Made by a program: the position numbers and the translations under genes
Assembly: GCA_965197745.1 (NCBI GenBank)
Contig: CBDANS010000007.1
Span: 608,001 to 672,000 of the forward strand
Reading direction: 5' to 3'
Length of the DNA: 64,000 nucleotides
Origin: Opitutales bacterium
Lineage (GTDB): Bacteria; Verrucomicrobiota; Verrucomicrobiia; Opitutales; PNEW01
The notes under the pieces: generated by a model
What the model was told of the DNA's origin: nothing
The model's input: the letters and a program-made list of their open reading frames with translations, nothing else
The model's database searches: none
Shown: positions 39,325-50,960 of the stretch, in pieces
Layout of the letters: each line of letters begins with the position of its first letter
Numbering within the stretch: the stretch's first letter is position 1

Positions 39325-40248
39325 ATGCAATTTGTTCGCAGCCGATCATATATTAAATTTATAATTTCGGGCGCAGCACTGTTTTTCCTTAGCGTTTTAA
39401 CGCTGGAAGCAACGGTTCTACGCGTGGCGACACTTAACCTCTACAATTATTTGATAACCAATCGAATGGTAGGTAAAGTCTACCGTGAAGATTATCCAAA
39501 ACCTGAGGATGAAAAAAAAGCCCTGAGTGAAGTGGTGATAAAAACGGGTCCACACATCCTTGCCGTGCAGGAAATGGGATCTGAGCCTTATCTACTGGAA
39601 TTTCAACGCGACTTAAGGAGCGAAGGGTTAGATTACCCTTATATTATTTTAATGGAAGCAGCAGATGAAGAACGTCATACCGCAGTGCTGTCAAAATTGC
39701 CATTCGAGCAAGTTATACTCTATGACGAGCTGGAATTTAAATACTTTGATGAAAAAATCCGCGTGAAGCGCGGTCTTCTCGCAATAAACTTCTATGTGAA
39801 CGGTCTACGATGGACCCTTTTTAATCTGCATTTGAAAAGTCGATATACGGTGCGCCATGATGATCAGGAGGCGAAGATCCAACGCCTGAATGAAGCTGTT
39901 GCTATCCGTAACAATATCAAAACAGCTTATCTTCTGAATGCTAATCTTCACTATCTAATCGTAGGTGATCTTAATGATACAATAGGCAGTAAAACGCTTC
40001 GGCGGCTTTTAAAAAGTGGGAGTAATACTATCTCACATGCTATTCCTGCCGCTGATTCCCGTGGAGAAACCTGGACTTATTATTATAAAAAAGAAGACGT
40101 TTACTCACGATTCGACTATGTGCTCGCTTCACCGGCAATGATGCCCTATATTGAGAACGCGCGCGGTAAAATAGTCGATTGGCCGGAAATGAAAATTGCC
40201 TCAGACCATCGCCTCGTATATGTTGATATCGCTATACCGGAGGAGTAA
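39325..40248 (+). CDS. Endonuclease/exonuclease/phosphatase family protein, likely secreted
   Basis: ATLN, VQE, HLKS, GDLND, FDY, SDH motifs. Confidence 0.88.
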   Translation: MQFVRSRSYIKFIISGAALFFLSVLTLEATVLRVATLNLYNYLITNRMVGKVYREDYPKPEDEKKALSEVVIKTGPHILAVQEMGSEPYLLEFQRDLRSEGLDYPYIILMEAADEERHTAVLSKLPFEQVILYDELEFKYFDEKIRVKRGLLAINFYVNGLRWTLFNLHLKSRYTVRHDDQEAKIQRLNEAVAIRNNIKTAYLLNANLHYLIVGDLNDTIGSKTLRRLLKSGSNTISHAIPAADSRGETWTYYYKKEDVYSRFDYVLASPAMMPYIENARGKIVDWPEMKIASDHRLVYVDIAIPEE

Positions 40249-40255
40249 ATACAAA

Positions 40256-41203
40256 CTACGGCGGTCTGCTCTTTTCAATTTTACCATAAATACGCCGTAA
40301 TGCAGCTTCGACAGGAGGGGGTAGGGGCGGACTGAATGCTGAATCAACATTAGCTTTCAGGTGATCGAGATTTGATGTCCCCGTGACAATTACATGAATG
40401 GCTTTCTGATGAGCGACATATTTAATGCCGCGGTCCGCTAAGACCGCCATGCCCTCTTTGATCCAGTGAAATACCGGGTCACTTTCAGATAGTGCTTCCG
40501 GTCCCAGTATCCCTTCATTCTTATAAGAGTTAATCCATTTAATCAATTCATGTGGATTGCAGAACGGTTTTCTCAACGGTGACATACATAAGAGGCCGGG
40601 ATCATTTTTTGAACTTTTTGGAAAGATACGGCGCTCAGGTCCCTGGGTGCACATGTTATAGCGAAACATAAAAACATCAAATAAATCCGTCTCTATTGCC
40701 TGTGATATTGTAGACTGATCGAGATCCCCCCACATATGCTCGCTCACCCCGAGGAATTGTGTCATTCCCGCTTCTTTCAAGCTGACAAAAGTGGGATAAA
40801 GCCTATCGATCGCTTCCCTATAGTGATCCGGTTTAAGACCATGAAGCAGGACGATGTCTAATCTATCCGTATGAAGAAGTTTTAAGCTGCGTTCGACCGA
40901 GGCGACCATTTTTTCAGGTGCTTTCAGAAGCCCTTCACCTTCATTAATCTGGATTTTAGTACAAATAATAGGGGGAGTTACCAGCTTTGCCTCTTTCAGC
41001 GCGCTACCTAAGATCGCTTCCGTATCCCCATAGGCAGGGGACGTATCGAAAAAATTAATGTCCAACTCCAATGCGCGATGCACAATTTTACAGGATTCGG
41101 ATCGTGTCATCCCAAGTTTTTGCCCGAGTCGAGAGTCTCCTCCCGTTCCCAAACCGATACGGGAAACTTCAAGTTCAGTCTTTCCCAAACGACAATATTG
41201 CAT
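40256..41203 (-). CDS. Aldo/keto reductase
   Basis: LGKTELEVSRIGLG, DTSPAYG, TK, SLKLLHTDRLD. Confidence 0.88.
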   Translation of the reverse strand: MQYCRLGKTELEVSRIGLGTGGDSRLGQKLGMTRSESCKIVHRALELDINFFDTSPAYGDTEAILGSALKEAKLVTPPIICTKIQINEGEGLLKAPEKMVASVERSLKLLHTDRLDIVLLHGLKPDHYREAIDRLYPTFVSLKEAGMTQFLGVSEHMWGDLDQSTISQAIETDLFDVFMFRYNMCTQGPERRIFPKSSKNDPGLLCMSPLRKPFCNPHELIKWINSYKNEGILGPEALSESDPVFHWIKEGMAVLADRGIKYVAHQKAIHVIVTGTSNLDHLKANVDSAFSPPLPPPVEAALRRIYGKIEKSRPP

Positions 41204-41279
41204 TCAGTACACCCTTTCTTCAAGGGGAGTTAATATATTAATAAGAAAATTGATACTCGCAGTTCAAGCCCGATGAAAT

Positions 41280-42332
41280 TTACTCCGGACTTGATATATG
41301 GTCTCGCCATGTCACACCAAAACCAGGTTTATCTAAGATTTTTAAATACCCATTTTGGGGATCGGGTTCGCCTACGGTGGCCGAGTTGCTTCTGGCAGCA
41401 TCCTGGGTGAAGACAAGTTCTGCCATACGACACTGCATGGCAACGACGACATGCAGACCCCAAATCTCACCTCCCCGGTGTGGTAAGACGGGAACCCCAT
41501 TCTCTTTAGCCATCTCACAGATTTTAATTGCGTCCGTAATACCACCACACCATGTGACATCGGGTTGTAATATGTGTGCGGCCTTACGATTCAATAATTC
41601 CTGAAAACCATATCGTGTAAACTCGTGTTCTCCCGTCGCGATTTTCGTAGTTTTTACTTCGGCTGTTAAACGGGTGTAGCCATTGTAGTCGTCGGCCATG
41701 AGCGGTTCTTCTATCCATTGTAAATTATAGGGGGCAAGATGTTCTGCCATCTCAAGGGTATAGTCTACATTCCATCCCATCCAGCAATCCAACATCAACT
41801 TCGCTTCATCACCAATCAGCTCTCTCGCTCGCGCAACTTTTTCAACATTACGTTGTATCCCTTCAGGTCCCTCATCGGGCCCCGCAGCTTTGGATATTTT
41901 AAATGCCTGAAAACCCGCAGCTTGATTTGCGGCCAGTTCTTCACCCGTGGCATAAGTGAGAACTTCCTTATTTTTATTCGAACCAAGACATTGATACACG
42001 GGCGCTTCTTTTGCTTTTCCTATTAAATCCCATAGGGCAATATCCACGCCGCTTATTGCCATGATGGCTATTCCCTTACGGCCATATGCTGCCGACTCCC
42101 AGAACATGTCTTCCCATAATTGATCAACTTGAAAGGGGTCTCGACCGATGAGGATTTTGCGAAAAGCATGCTTAACTATCTCCACTGAAGCGACGCCTCC
42201 GCCCCCCATCCCTATTCCTATAAGTCCTTCATCGGTATGTATTTCCACACCAAATTGCCACATCTTTCGACGCCACCCGGAAGGGGGTGGGCGATAGTTG
42301 GGATAAAACGGGTAAACCTCGGTAATTTTCAT
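41280..42332 (-). CDS. Mandelate racemase/enolase-superfamily dehydratase (rhamnonate dehydratase-like)
   Basis: SGVDIALWDL, LDCW, WIEEP, TGEH, QPD. Confidence 0.85.
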   Translation of the reverse strand: MKITEVYPFYPNYRPPPSGWRRKMWQFGVEIHTDEGLIGIGMGGGGVASVEIVKHAFRKILIGRDPFQVDQLWEDMFWESAAYGRKGIAIMAISGVDIALWDLIGKAKEAPVYQCLGSNKNKEVLTYATGEELAANQAAGFQAFKISKAAGPDEGPEGIQRNVEKVARARELIGDEAKLMLDCWMGWNVDYTLEMAEHLAPYNLQWIEEPLMADDYNGYTRLTAEVKTTKIATGEHEFTRYGFQELLNRKAAHILQPDVTWCGGITDAIKICEMAKENGVPVLPHRGGEIWGLHVVVAMQCRMAELVFTQDAARSNSATVGEPDPQNGYLKILDKPGFGVTWRDHISSPE

Positions 42333-42408
42333 TGAACTTCAATGCAAAGATTACCGTTTCAAATTCCGTTTTTTTTTTAAATGAAATTACCTGAGATAAA
42401 GATGAATG

Positions 42409-43305
42409 TTAAAAAACATTGAGGGGTATTTCGACAACGCCAAATCCAGCCGCTTCCATGTATAGTGTTCCTCTACCTGGGACACCCCCTTCCACGGTTA
42501 CACTCACGGAACGGGCGCCACCGGGGATGACTACCTCAGGCATAATAATACTGTCTGGTATATTTGTTGTGACATCAATATAAAGACCACTGTCGGGTGC
42601 TTCACCATACAATTGAAGAATAAGAATGTCGCGTCGCCCTGGTGATAATTCGAGGGCACTGGGTATTACGACAAAGCTTGCGGAATCGACATTAAATTTT
42701 CCGATAGTTAAATCTCCGTCTGCGGTCCGCAATAAAATTTCATAAGTGCGTCCTGTTGGTAAACTGGGCACCGAAAAACCAATTGAATAGGATGAGTGGT
42801 ACTCGGTTGGAATTTCTCTCTCATTAAATACAATGGTGTCATATTCAGAAAAACCGCGCCCGATAATTCCCACTTTGGAACCAACGGGTCCGCGTTTACT
42901 CTCCATTTGAATAACATATCGGTTAATGAGTTGGGTCTCGTATAATTTACTCAGGTACTCTTTATACTCGTATTCTGCTCCGCTTCCAAATTTATAATCA
43001 ACTTTGTAATAATAGTTTGAGGTACTTTGCCCCAGTGCTAATTTATAGTCGTACTCATAAATATGGGATCCTGCTTCAATCTGTCTCATGGGCAGCGTTT
43101 CTCCATTTATGACAAGGCTCACTTTAATCGTGTCATGAATAAATTGACCATGATTGATTTTAGCATTTACGGTAAAAGTATAAATGTTGGATGGGTTCTC
43201 CGCTACTTTTAATGGAGTTAAATTTTGTACCGTGACACCGCATCCCGATAACAAAGTAATCGCGGCGATTGCTATTAAGGAGTAAAGTATATTTTGTGTT
43301 TTCAT
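42409..43305 (-). CDS. Lipoprotein with IPT/TIG-like domain
   Basis: LSGC lipobox; RGPVGSKVGIIGRGF. Confidence 0.7.
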   Translation of the reverse strand: MKTQNILYSLIAIAAITLLSGCGVTVQNLTPLKVAENPSNIYTFTVNAKINHGQFIHDTIKVSLVINGETLPMRQIEAGSHIYEYDYKLALGQSTSNYYYKVDYKFGSGAEYEYKEYLSKLYETQLINRYVIQMESKRGPVGSKVGIIGRGFSEYDTIVFNEREIPTEYHSSYSIGFSVPSLPTGRTYEILLRTADGDLTIGKFNVDSASFVVIPSALELSPGRRDILILQLYGEAPDSGLYIDVTTNIPDSIIMPEVVIPGGARSVSVTVEGGVPGRGTLYMEAAGFGVVEIPLNVF

Positions 43306-43339
43306 AGGAATAATCTTAATGCTACATTAGCAACACATC

Positions 43340-44533
43340 ATGATTCTGCAAGAAAAAGCTGATAGTGTAATCCCCTTGAGTATTTACTTTCATATTCCTT
43401 TTTGCGCTTCAATTTGTGATTTTTGCTCTTTTTATCAAAAAGTACCGCGGCGTGATGAAGTGGTGCGCTACCTCGAAGGCATGGAAGCTGAGTTGAAATT
43501 GATTACTCTTGATCGTGATGTTGATACCATATTTTGGGGTGGGGGTACACCCGGTCTTCTTCCCGCGAAAGACCTCTATAATCTTGGCCGAGCAATGCTT
43601 GATAAATTATCTAAACCTCCGCGTGAATGGACGGTGGAGTTATCACCATCAACAGTGAAAAAGGATAAGTTGGAAGTATTGTGGGAACTGGGTGTTACTC
43701 GCGTTTCCATGGGAGTGCAAAGTTTCAATGACCGGTTGTTGGAAAAATTAGGCCGACAACATAGCCGACAACAGATTAATAAAGCAATTGAAACAATAAA
43801 TCAGAGCAAAGTCGAAGTTCTCAATCTCGATCTTATTTTTTCTATTCCCGGACAGACTCTTGATGAATGGTTAATGGACATAAAATACGCCATCAGTTGT
43901 GCGCCCCATCATTTATCGACTTATTGTTTAACTTTCGAAGAGGACACAGCTCTTTATTTCCGTCTAAGGAGAGGGGAGATAAATCAGAATACACAAGGTG
44001 ATGATTCAGATTTTTACGTGGCAACCTGGGAAGCACTGGAGGATGCTGATTATCGTCAATATGAAATTTCAAACTATGCGCGAAAAGGTTTCGAATGTTT
44101 ACATAATAAAAATACCTGGCGACTTTTTGAATGGATTGGTTTCGGACCTTCAGCGGCTTCGCAATTCAGAGGACGCCGATACAGAAATGTTCCTTCACTG
44201 GATGAATGGCTTAAAGGTTTAGAAGACAATCAATTGAAATACATTGATGAGGTGGAACTAACAACAGAGATGCTGGCTGTTGATTCTATTATCTTCGGAT
44301 TGCGCATGAACGAAGGAATCAATTTGCAGCTTTTGAAAAAGCGATTTCCGACAATCAATTTTAATGAATTAAATTTATTATGGAATAAGCTCAGGGGTGA
44401 AGGACTTATTGAAAAAGGGGATGAAAAAATAATCCGCATGACTCCACGAGGTCGATTGTTGGCAGACAGTATCGCGGTGGAAATTTTGAGCCATTATGAT
44501 CCCGGACACCTGGAGTCTCCGGTCATAGTGTAA
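43340..44533 (+). CDS. hemW: Radical SAM heme chaperone
   Basis: YFHIPFCASICDFCSF, GGGTP, SMGVQSF, YEISN. Confidence 0.88.
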   Translation: MILQEKADSVIPLSIYFHIPFCASICDFCSFYQKVPRRDEVVRYLEGMEAELKLITLDRDVDTIFWGGGTPGLLPAKDLYNLGRAMLDKLSKPPREWTVELSPSTVKKDKLEVLWELGVTRVSMGVQSFNDRLLEKLGRQHSRQQINKAIETINQSKVEVLNLDLIFSIPGQTLDEWLMDIKYAISCAPHHLSTYCLTFEEDTALYFRLRRGEINQNTQGDDSDFYVATWEALEDADYRQYEISNYARKGFECLHNKNTWRLFEWIGFGPSAASQFRGRRYRNVPSLDEWLKGLEDNQLKYIDEVELTTEMLAVDSIIFGLRMNEGINLQLLKKRFPTINFNELNLLWNKLRGEGLIEKGDEKIIRMTPRGRLLADSIAVEILSHYDPGHLESPVIV

Positions 44534-44552
44534 GACACTGGATCTTAATCAC

Positions 44553-45344
44553 TTATATATCATAATTGAGGTTATTGTGCTGATCCATTTCCAAAGCGGG
44601 AGATGGCTTGCGCGGTTTCCCCACTATTTTAGCGGGTACACCGGCCACCGTGGTATGGGGGGGAACATTTTCCAGGACCACGCTGCCGGCGCCAACCCAG
44701 GCGCCTTCTCCCACTTCAACATTACCCAGGATTTTAGCGCCAGCGCTGAGAAGCACTCCCGATCTAATCTTGGGATGCCGGTCACCGAGCTCTTTACCGG
44801 TACCTCCAAGAGTAACCTCGTGCAGGATTGAAACATCATTTTCAATAACCGCAGTTTCTCCTGCCACAAAACTGGTGGCGTGATCGAGCATAATCCCATG
44901 GCCAATGCGCGCAGCCGGGTGGATGTCGACCGCAAATTCTTCCGCTATGATGCTTTGAATATATGCGGATAATTCTTTACGATCTTCATTCCAGAGATGG
45001 TGAGCCATTCGGTAAGCGCTTAGAGCCATGAACCCTTTTAAATAGAGTAGCGGGGTGAGATAACTGCTGCATGCGGGATCGCGATTGTAAACCGCTAGAA
45101 TGTCGTAACGTATTATATCCACAATTGAGGAGTCTTTACGGAAAATATCCAGAAAGATATCCCGCAGTGATTCCTCTGACATGGCATGGCACCCCAGTTT
45201 TCTCGCCAGACGATAAGTAAGCGCTTCAGCCAGATTTTCACGGCTGAGGACACATTCCTTTAGAAGTTCTGAAAGAGCAGGTTCTTTCTCGGAAACAGCG
45301 GTCGCATCCTCTCGTATTTTTTCCCACACGGGATCCTCGCTCAT
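44553..45344 (-). CDS. cysE: Serine O-acetyltransferase
   Basis: RDPAC, VDIHPAARIG, LDHAT, GTGKELGDRHPK. Confidence 0.96.
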   Translation of the reverse strand: MSEDPVWEKIREDATAVSEKEPALSELLKECVLSRENLAEALTYRLARKLGCHAMSEESLRDIFLDIFRKDSSIVDIIRYDILAVYNRDPACSSYLTPLLYLKGFMALSAYRMAHHLWNEDRKELSAYIQSIIAEEFAVDIHPAARIGHGIMLDHATSFVAGETAVIENDVSILHEVTLGGTGKELGDRHPKIRSGVLLSAGAKILGNVEVGEGAWVGAGSVVLENVPPHTTVAGVPAKIVGKPRKPSPALEMDQHNNLNYDI

Positions 45345-45643
45345 GGATTGAAGGGGTTAAATCTGTTTATGTATTGCTATAGATGACTGTAGAGGTGAAT
45401 TAAATAATAGACTTGAATACCGCCAATCAATTTTAGCAGTAGAATATATACTCAGATAAACAAATAAATCATGTTTCAAATTAAACGAAGGAAAAGGACT
45501 CAACAGTGGCAATGGCTCATCTTCTTGTAAAGCATATAGAGATCCAGTGACCCTAAGAGAGGGTCAAAAAAATTTTCAGGAGAAGACAGTAACCCCGTTT
45601 TTTTTTGACGGAATAGAAATTTATTTAATATAAACTGCAGCAT

Positions 45644-46570
45644 ATGGAGGATGTAATCATACTTGGGACAGGATGTGCCGGACTTACTGCGGCGATTTAT
45701 TGCGCGAGGGCAAATCTTAAACCACTCGTTATCGAAGGTATTCTGCCGGGGGGTCAGCTAACCACGACATCCGATGTCGAAAACTATCCCGGATTTCCAG
45801 AGGGAATAGATGGGTTCACAATGATGGATCAAATGCGTAAACAGGCCGGCCGTTTTGGTTCTCGGTATGAAAATGACAATATTACAAGCGCTGATTTTAG
45901 TAATACGGTAAAAATAATTAAGTCTGAATATAATTCCTATGAAGCACGTGCCATAATTATTGCAACCGGTGCTTCACCCAAACTTCTCGGTATTCCGGGA
46001 GAAAATGAAATGTATGGCGGCAAAGGTGTTACCACCTGTGCTACATGCGACGGTGCTTTCTATCGCGATATGGAAGTAGTCGTTGTTGGTGGTGGCGATT
46101 CTGCCTGCGAAGAAGCTTTATTCCTTACACGGTTTTGTAGCAATATCACTCTTATTCATCGACGCGACACTTTACGCGCGTCAAATATTATGGCCGATCG
46201 AGCGCTCGCTCATGAAAAAATATTCCCTCTCTGGGACACTGTCCCGGAGGAGATTTTACCTGACGATCAGGGCAATGTCAGCGGTCTGAGAGTGCTCAAC
46301 ATAAAGACCGGAAAGCAAAGTGAGTTAGCATGCAAAGGAGTATTTATTGCGATCGGACATACTCCCAATACCCAACCCTTTAAGGGGATACTCAAACTCG
46401 ATGACGAAGGCTACATCATTCCGGAAGCGGGCAGTCAAGTTCGCACGCATATCCCCGGCGTTTATACAGCCGGAGATTGCGCGGATCATGTTTACCGGCA
46501 AGCAGTGACGGCGGCAGGAATGGGGTGTCAAGCCGCTATTGATGCGGAGAGATGGCTGGCTGAACTATAA
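45644..46570 (+). CDS. trxB: Thioredoxin reductase
   Basis: [31 protein letters not shown]. Confidence 0.96.
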   Translation: MEDVIILGTGCAGLTAAIYCARANLKPLVIEGILPGGQLTTTSDVENYPGFPEGIDGFTMMDQMRKQAGRFGSRYENDNITSADFSNTVKIIKSEYNSYEARAIIIATGASPKLLGIPGENEMYGGKGVTTCATCDGAFYRDMEVVVVGGGDSACEEALFLTRFCSNITLIHRRDTLRASNIMADRALAHEKIFPLWDTVPEEILPDDQGNVSGLRVLNIKTGKQSELACKGVFIAIGHTPNTQPFKGILKLDDEGYIIPEAGSQVRTHIPGVYTAGDCADHVYRQAVTAAGMGCQAAIDAERWLAEL

Positions 46571-46601
46571 ATATGCTTATCTGGTAGGATTGGTGGGTCG
46601 A

Positions 46602-47287
46602 TCAATCGCTGCTTTCCCCGGGTTCAAATATTCTGGAGAAGATTTGAAAACTAATAATGGCGCCAATGATAGGGCCCACCCAGTAAAGCCAGATATTATC
46701 CAAGTGGCCTGAGACTATAGCCGTGCCAAAATGGCGAGCGGGGTTCATGGCTGCTCCAGTGAGTGGTCCAATGGCTAAAATGAGCATGGCTATGGTTAAC
46801 CCAATGCCAAATCCACCAATACCCTGTGGTGCTTTGCTCCCAACCGCGGTGCCGTATATGGCCATAGCGAGCAGAATGGTAGCGATTATTTCGAGACCGA
46901 GTCCTGAACCAACCGTAATTCCCGCTCCCAGTGCAGGGTGCCCAGGTGGGTTGCCGCCGCGGCGGCAGCGGGAAATAAAATTTTGAGTAATACCCCGGCA
47001 AGCGTTGCTCCCAAAAGCTGGGCGATAATGAAATTAACCGCCGCACCCACTTTTACTTTTTTTATGAGAAACAATCCAATGGTTACCGCTGGGTTGATTT
47101 GACCCCCGGAGATATTCATTGTCATTGTAACCGCTATGGACAATGCTAATCCATGGGCCACGGCAATACCCAATAAGCCCACACCGCCGTTTGTCGCGTT
47201 ATCAACAATGATAGATCCCGCGCCGATAAAAACTAAAGTAAAAGTGCCAAACAGTTCGGCCAGGCAAGGTTTCCAATTAATATTCAT
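46602..47287 (-). CDS. MIP-family channel (aquaporin), apparent frameshift near 46937
   Basis: Two NPA motifs (INPAV, MNPAR) in different frames; one added C restores the frame. Confidence 0.85.
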
Positions 47288-47493
47288 AGCTATAATTTAT
47301 TTAGTGTAATTTTTTTGATTAGTATTTTCCCTACGACTCTCCCTCAGTAGCCATTCTGACGATGGTAATGCTCAGAGTAATTGTAAAGTGCTTTATAAAT
47401 ATTCAATCGGTAGTTGCAACATGCCTGATTTAAGACAAACTTTTTCCTATTGAATCAATTCACAAGACTACAGGATTAAAATAAAATATTAAA

Positions 47494-48105
47494 ATGAAAA
47501 TTACGCTATCGATAATTTCTGTGGCAGCCCTTGTTACCGCGGGTTTCAGTCACATCGCACTAGCTGATTTGAAAACCGAAACTTTGGCGCCTGACTTCTC
47601 ATTAACCGATTCCCATGGACAATCTCATACCCTGTCAGGTTTCAGAGATAAATATGTTGTGCTTGAATGGAGCAACCATGACTGTCCCTTTGTCGTCAAA
47701 CATTACAAGAGTGGAAATATGCAGAAAGAGGTTACTGATCAAGGGGCAATCAGGTTGAAAATAATTTCCTCGGCACCCGGTGAACAGGGTTATTGCACTC
47801 CGGCAGAGGCCAATAGGATCGTGGCGAGAGATAAATCCAGCTTGTCAGCCGTTCTTCTCGACCCTGAAGGGACCGTGGGTCGGCTCTACAGTGCGAGGAC
47901 TACCCCCCATATTTACATTATCGATCCTAAGGGCACATTGATTTATCAGGGAGGAATCGACAGTATAAAATCAACTGATATTTCAGATATTCCTAAAGCG
48001 AAAAATTATGTAAGAGCTGCACTGAATGAAGCTATGGCCGGTAGTTCGGTGACCAATAATAATACCAGGCCCCATGGCTGCAGTATAAAGTATGCCAGTA
48101 AATAA
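47494..48105 (+). CDS. Redoxin/thioredoxin-family protein
   Basis: APDF, VVLEW.NHDCPFV, ARTTPH, GCSIKY. Confidence 0.85.
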   Translation: MKITLSIISVAALVTAGFSHIALADLKTETLAPDFSLTDSHGQSHTLSGFRDKYVVLEWSNHDCPFVVKHYKSGNMQKEVTDQGAIRLKIISSAPGEQGYCTPAEANRIVARDKSSLSAVLLDPEGTVGRLYSARTTPHIYIIDPKGTLIYQGGIDSIKSTDISDIPKAKNYVRAALNEAMAGSSVTNNNTRPHGCSIKYASK

Positions 48106-48143
48106 TCTATAATCTGACAAAGTACCGCATTGAAATCTTTAAT

Positions 48144-48177
48144 AAAAAGACCCCCGAGTTAAATTCGGGGGTCTTTT
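48144..48177. terminator. Bidirectional intrinsic terminator
   Basis: AAAAGACCCCCGA-GTTAAAT-TCGGGGGTCTTTT between convergent genes. Confidence 0.85.
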
Positions 48178-48276
48178 CTTAGCTATGGTTATGGTGTTAC
48201 TGGGATCAATTCTTGAATAAATTATTGCCATCATTATCGCTTTGGCTTTTGGAGTTTCTTAACAGTCCATCAAAAA

Positions 48277-48750
48277 TTAAGAGTAGTGTTCCCAACCCGG
48301 CACGGAGTGAACGGTACAAACATGCTTTCCTCCCCCTGCATCCTTAGTGGCAATGCACATATTTACCGGATAGTACTTCTGCTTATTCGTCTCATCCACA
48401 TTCAAATCTGAATTATAAGCCTGGGCCATTTTTACAAGTGAGGTGGCAATATACTCGGTGTAAAGGGTATTCATTAACCCCGCTGTTATCATCGCTTGAC
48501 GGGTCACAACGTAATAGTAAAAGTAATCAGATATATCTAACCCCTCGGGATTCTCGATTACCGCCTGGTATAATCGTTTGTTGTCCAGGTATTTTCTGCG
48601 CAGAAAACTGTTATCTAATATCTCGGTGAGATTGTTGTGAGCGGGCAGAGTGTTTTCATATACCTGACAGATGAAGGCTTTATCGCTTTTTGTGAATACC
48701 GTCTGGTCGGGACTTAATTCGAACACTTGATTGGTGAATCTTCGGCGCAT
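48277..48750 (-). CDS. Hypothetical protein
   Basis: 157 aa ORF, no recognised motif. Confidence 0.5.
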   Translation of the reverse strand: MRRRFTNQVFELSPDQTVFTKSDKAFICQVYENTLPAHNNLTEILDNSFLRRKYLDNKRLYQAVIENPEGLDISDYFYYYVVTRQAMITAGLMNTLYTEYIATSLVKMAQAYNSDLNVDETNKQKYYPVNMCIATKDAGGGKHVCTVHSVPGWEHYS

Positions 48751-48823
48751 AGGAAATCCTGGTTAAATTAAGGTTTATACCTTAAAATAAAATCAATATT
48801 ATACCCTATATACTACCTATATA

Positions 48824-49881
48824 TCACTCATAAAATCGGTAAACATTAAACTTATTAATAATATTTATGTTTGAAATTAGATAATCTATAATTACTTTGA
48901 CACAAAAAGGGGCTAGGAGAGCTCCTTTTGAACCTAAACCGTTAAAAATGATTATTTGGGGAAATTGCGCATGAGGTCCAATCACGGGCAGGGAATCCGT
49001 CAACGCCGGGCGAACACCCACTTGGTACCCTTTCACCATGAATTTCAATGAGGGGATAAAGGAAAGAAGGCCCTGAATAATTTCGTTTTTCCCGTTCTCG
49101 CTTGGGTGATGATCGAGGGAATGCCAAGAATAAGTGGCACCTGCCATGTAGTGTTTTGCTCCCAATGGGAGAAGCCATTTGCCACGATTCAGGATGGTGT
49201 TGGGATTAAACGGTTCGTCCGATTCGAGTAAAAGCACTTCACCCCTGGCGGGTTTGAAAGGTAAATCCTTAAACCAGGGATTCTTGAGAACTTGAAAACC
49301 TTCACAGAAAATAATTCGTTCAGCTGTCCAATTATTCCAGACAACTTTGCTATTCTCTAATTTTAAATCAGGATAGCAAAATCGAGAACGAATCCGTAAA
49401 CGCTTTTTATCGAGATAGTCACCCAGATCGTTAATCAGTTTTGATATATTGACATAGGCAGCCGGTGTCAGCGTGAAGCTTCCATATGGATCGATGAAGA
49501 TTCCTGGATTCGAATCGGGCTCATGCACGGAATTAATATATTGCATAAATGCCGGCTCTTCCTGCGACTTTTAAATAGCTGAAATTCCTTATCAGTTCCA
49601 ATGAAACGATGCACCAACATTTCATAAAAATAGCGATCGCCAAAAACTGACTCCAGTTGACGATAGAGGGTAGAAGCTTCGGAGTAGAATCGATGGAACT
49701 GCCAGGCGGATGTCAGGCGCTGACCTGTAATGGGATTGATAATGCCCGCGGCGGCGAGTGATGCGGCTCCCGTATGACCATCGTCAACAACCACAAATGA
49801 CGCCCCCCTCTTCAGCAATTGCCAGGCAAGCGAGCTGCCTGCTAACCCCTGACCAACGATAATATAATCTACACTATCCAC
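48824..49881 (-). CDS. FAD-dependent oxidoreductase (DAO family), apparent frameshift near 49560
   Basis: IVGQGLAG at the N-terminus; GVRP and NGLGSKG in the second frame. Confidence 0.82.
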
Positions 49882-50025
49882 CTAAATTTAATATAAATCT
49901 TCGTCTTCGTCCTCGTTCTCGTCTGCATCCTAAAAAGTCTTCAATTTCTGGCTCTATGAATACTTATAAATAGTAAATTGGGAGATGCTTGTGGATTAAT
50001 TCTGGACGAAGACGAAGCAATTGTG

Positions 50026-50958
50026 TCATGAAGCAAGAGCTAATTGATGTTTTTTAAGAAGGGACTGCAGATGAATAAGGAGTTTTCTCATGGCCGCAAC
50101 GAGAGCACATTTGTAAGGCATTCCCCGATCGACTAACCTCTGCACATAAGGTTTGATCACGGGGTTATGTTGAGCCGCGGTGCGAGCAGCCATATAGAGA
50201 CATTTTCTGACTTTGGCACGACCTCCTTTTATCGATCGCTTAGAATGGGTCTTGCCACTGTCACGATTATAGGGAGCCAGACCGGCAAGAGCGACCAACT
50301 GATTGCGGCCCAGATGAGTCATTTCGCTCATATAAGCCAGGAGGGTCCAAGTCGTCACTTCACCGACTCCTTTGACTGAAGCGATAAGTTCGGCTTTCGC
50401 ACGCAGTGGATCATTCTCGTTGATGAGCAATCGCAGCTGTTTGTCGATGCGATCGATTTCGTTCTCAACGAAACGGATCATGCGTTGGATGGAAAGGTGG
50501 ATGCTCTTGGGACTGTTCTGCAAGCGGTTCTTCTCGCGGCCAAGCTGTTCGCTCAGATGATGGCGTCGATCCAGTAAAGCAGTCATCTGTTGCTGTTCGG
50601 GTGTCGGGGGAGCTGTTGGGGACAACTGCTTTTGCTGAGCAAAGCGCAGCAATACCTTGGCATCGATCTTATCGGTCTTTGCACGGATGCCATCGCTCGT
50701 GGCGAAGGCCCGTACGCGCGCAGGATTAATCAGGCACACCACAATCTGCGCTTCATGCAAAGCGCTCAACAAGGCGCGCTCGTAGCCTCCTGTGGCTTCG
50801 CACACCACAAAGGGGGCATCCATCTTTCCTATGGCTTTGAGCAGTTCTTTGAGTCCCGACTTGTCGTTGCTTAGAGCGTAACTTTGCTCTGCACTTTGCA
50901 CTTGCAAGGTGTTTTTGGCTATATCTATGGCGATGAGGGTGTGTTTTTTTTCATTCAT
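50026..50958 (-). CDS. IS110 recombinase (DEDD RuvC + Tnp20 domain)
   Basis: AIDIAK, CEATGGYE, KTDKIDA, GVG, GLAP...DSG; intact 310 aa. Confidence 0.95.
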   Translation of the reverse strand: MNEKKHTLIAIDIAKNTLQVQSAEQSYALSNDKSGLKELLKAIGKMDAPFVVCEATGGYERALLSALHEAQIVVCLINPARVRAFATSDGIRAKTDKIDAKVLLRFAQQKQLSPTAPPTPEQQQMTALLDRRHHLSEQLGREKNRLQNSPKSIHLSIQRMIRFVENEIDRIDKQLRLLINENDPLRAKAELIASVKGVGEVTTWTLLAYMSEMTHLGRNQLVALAGLAPYNRDSGKTHSKRSIKGGRAKVRKCLYMAARTAAQHNPVIKPYVQRLVDRGMPYKCALVAAMRKLLIHLQSLLKKHQLALAS

Positions 50959-50960
50959 GG

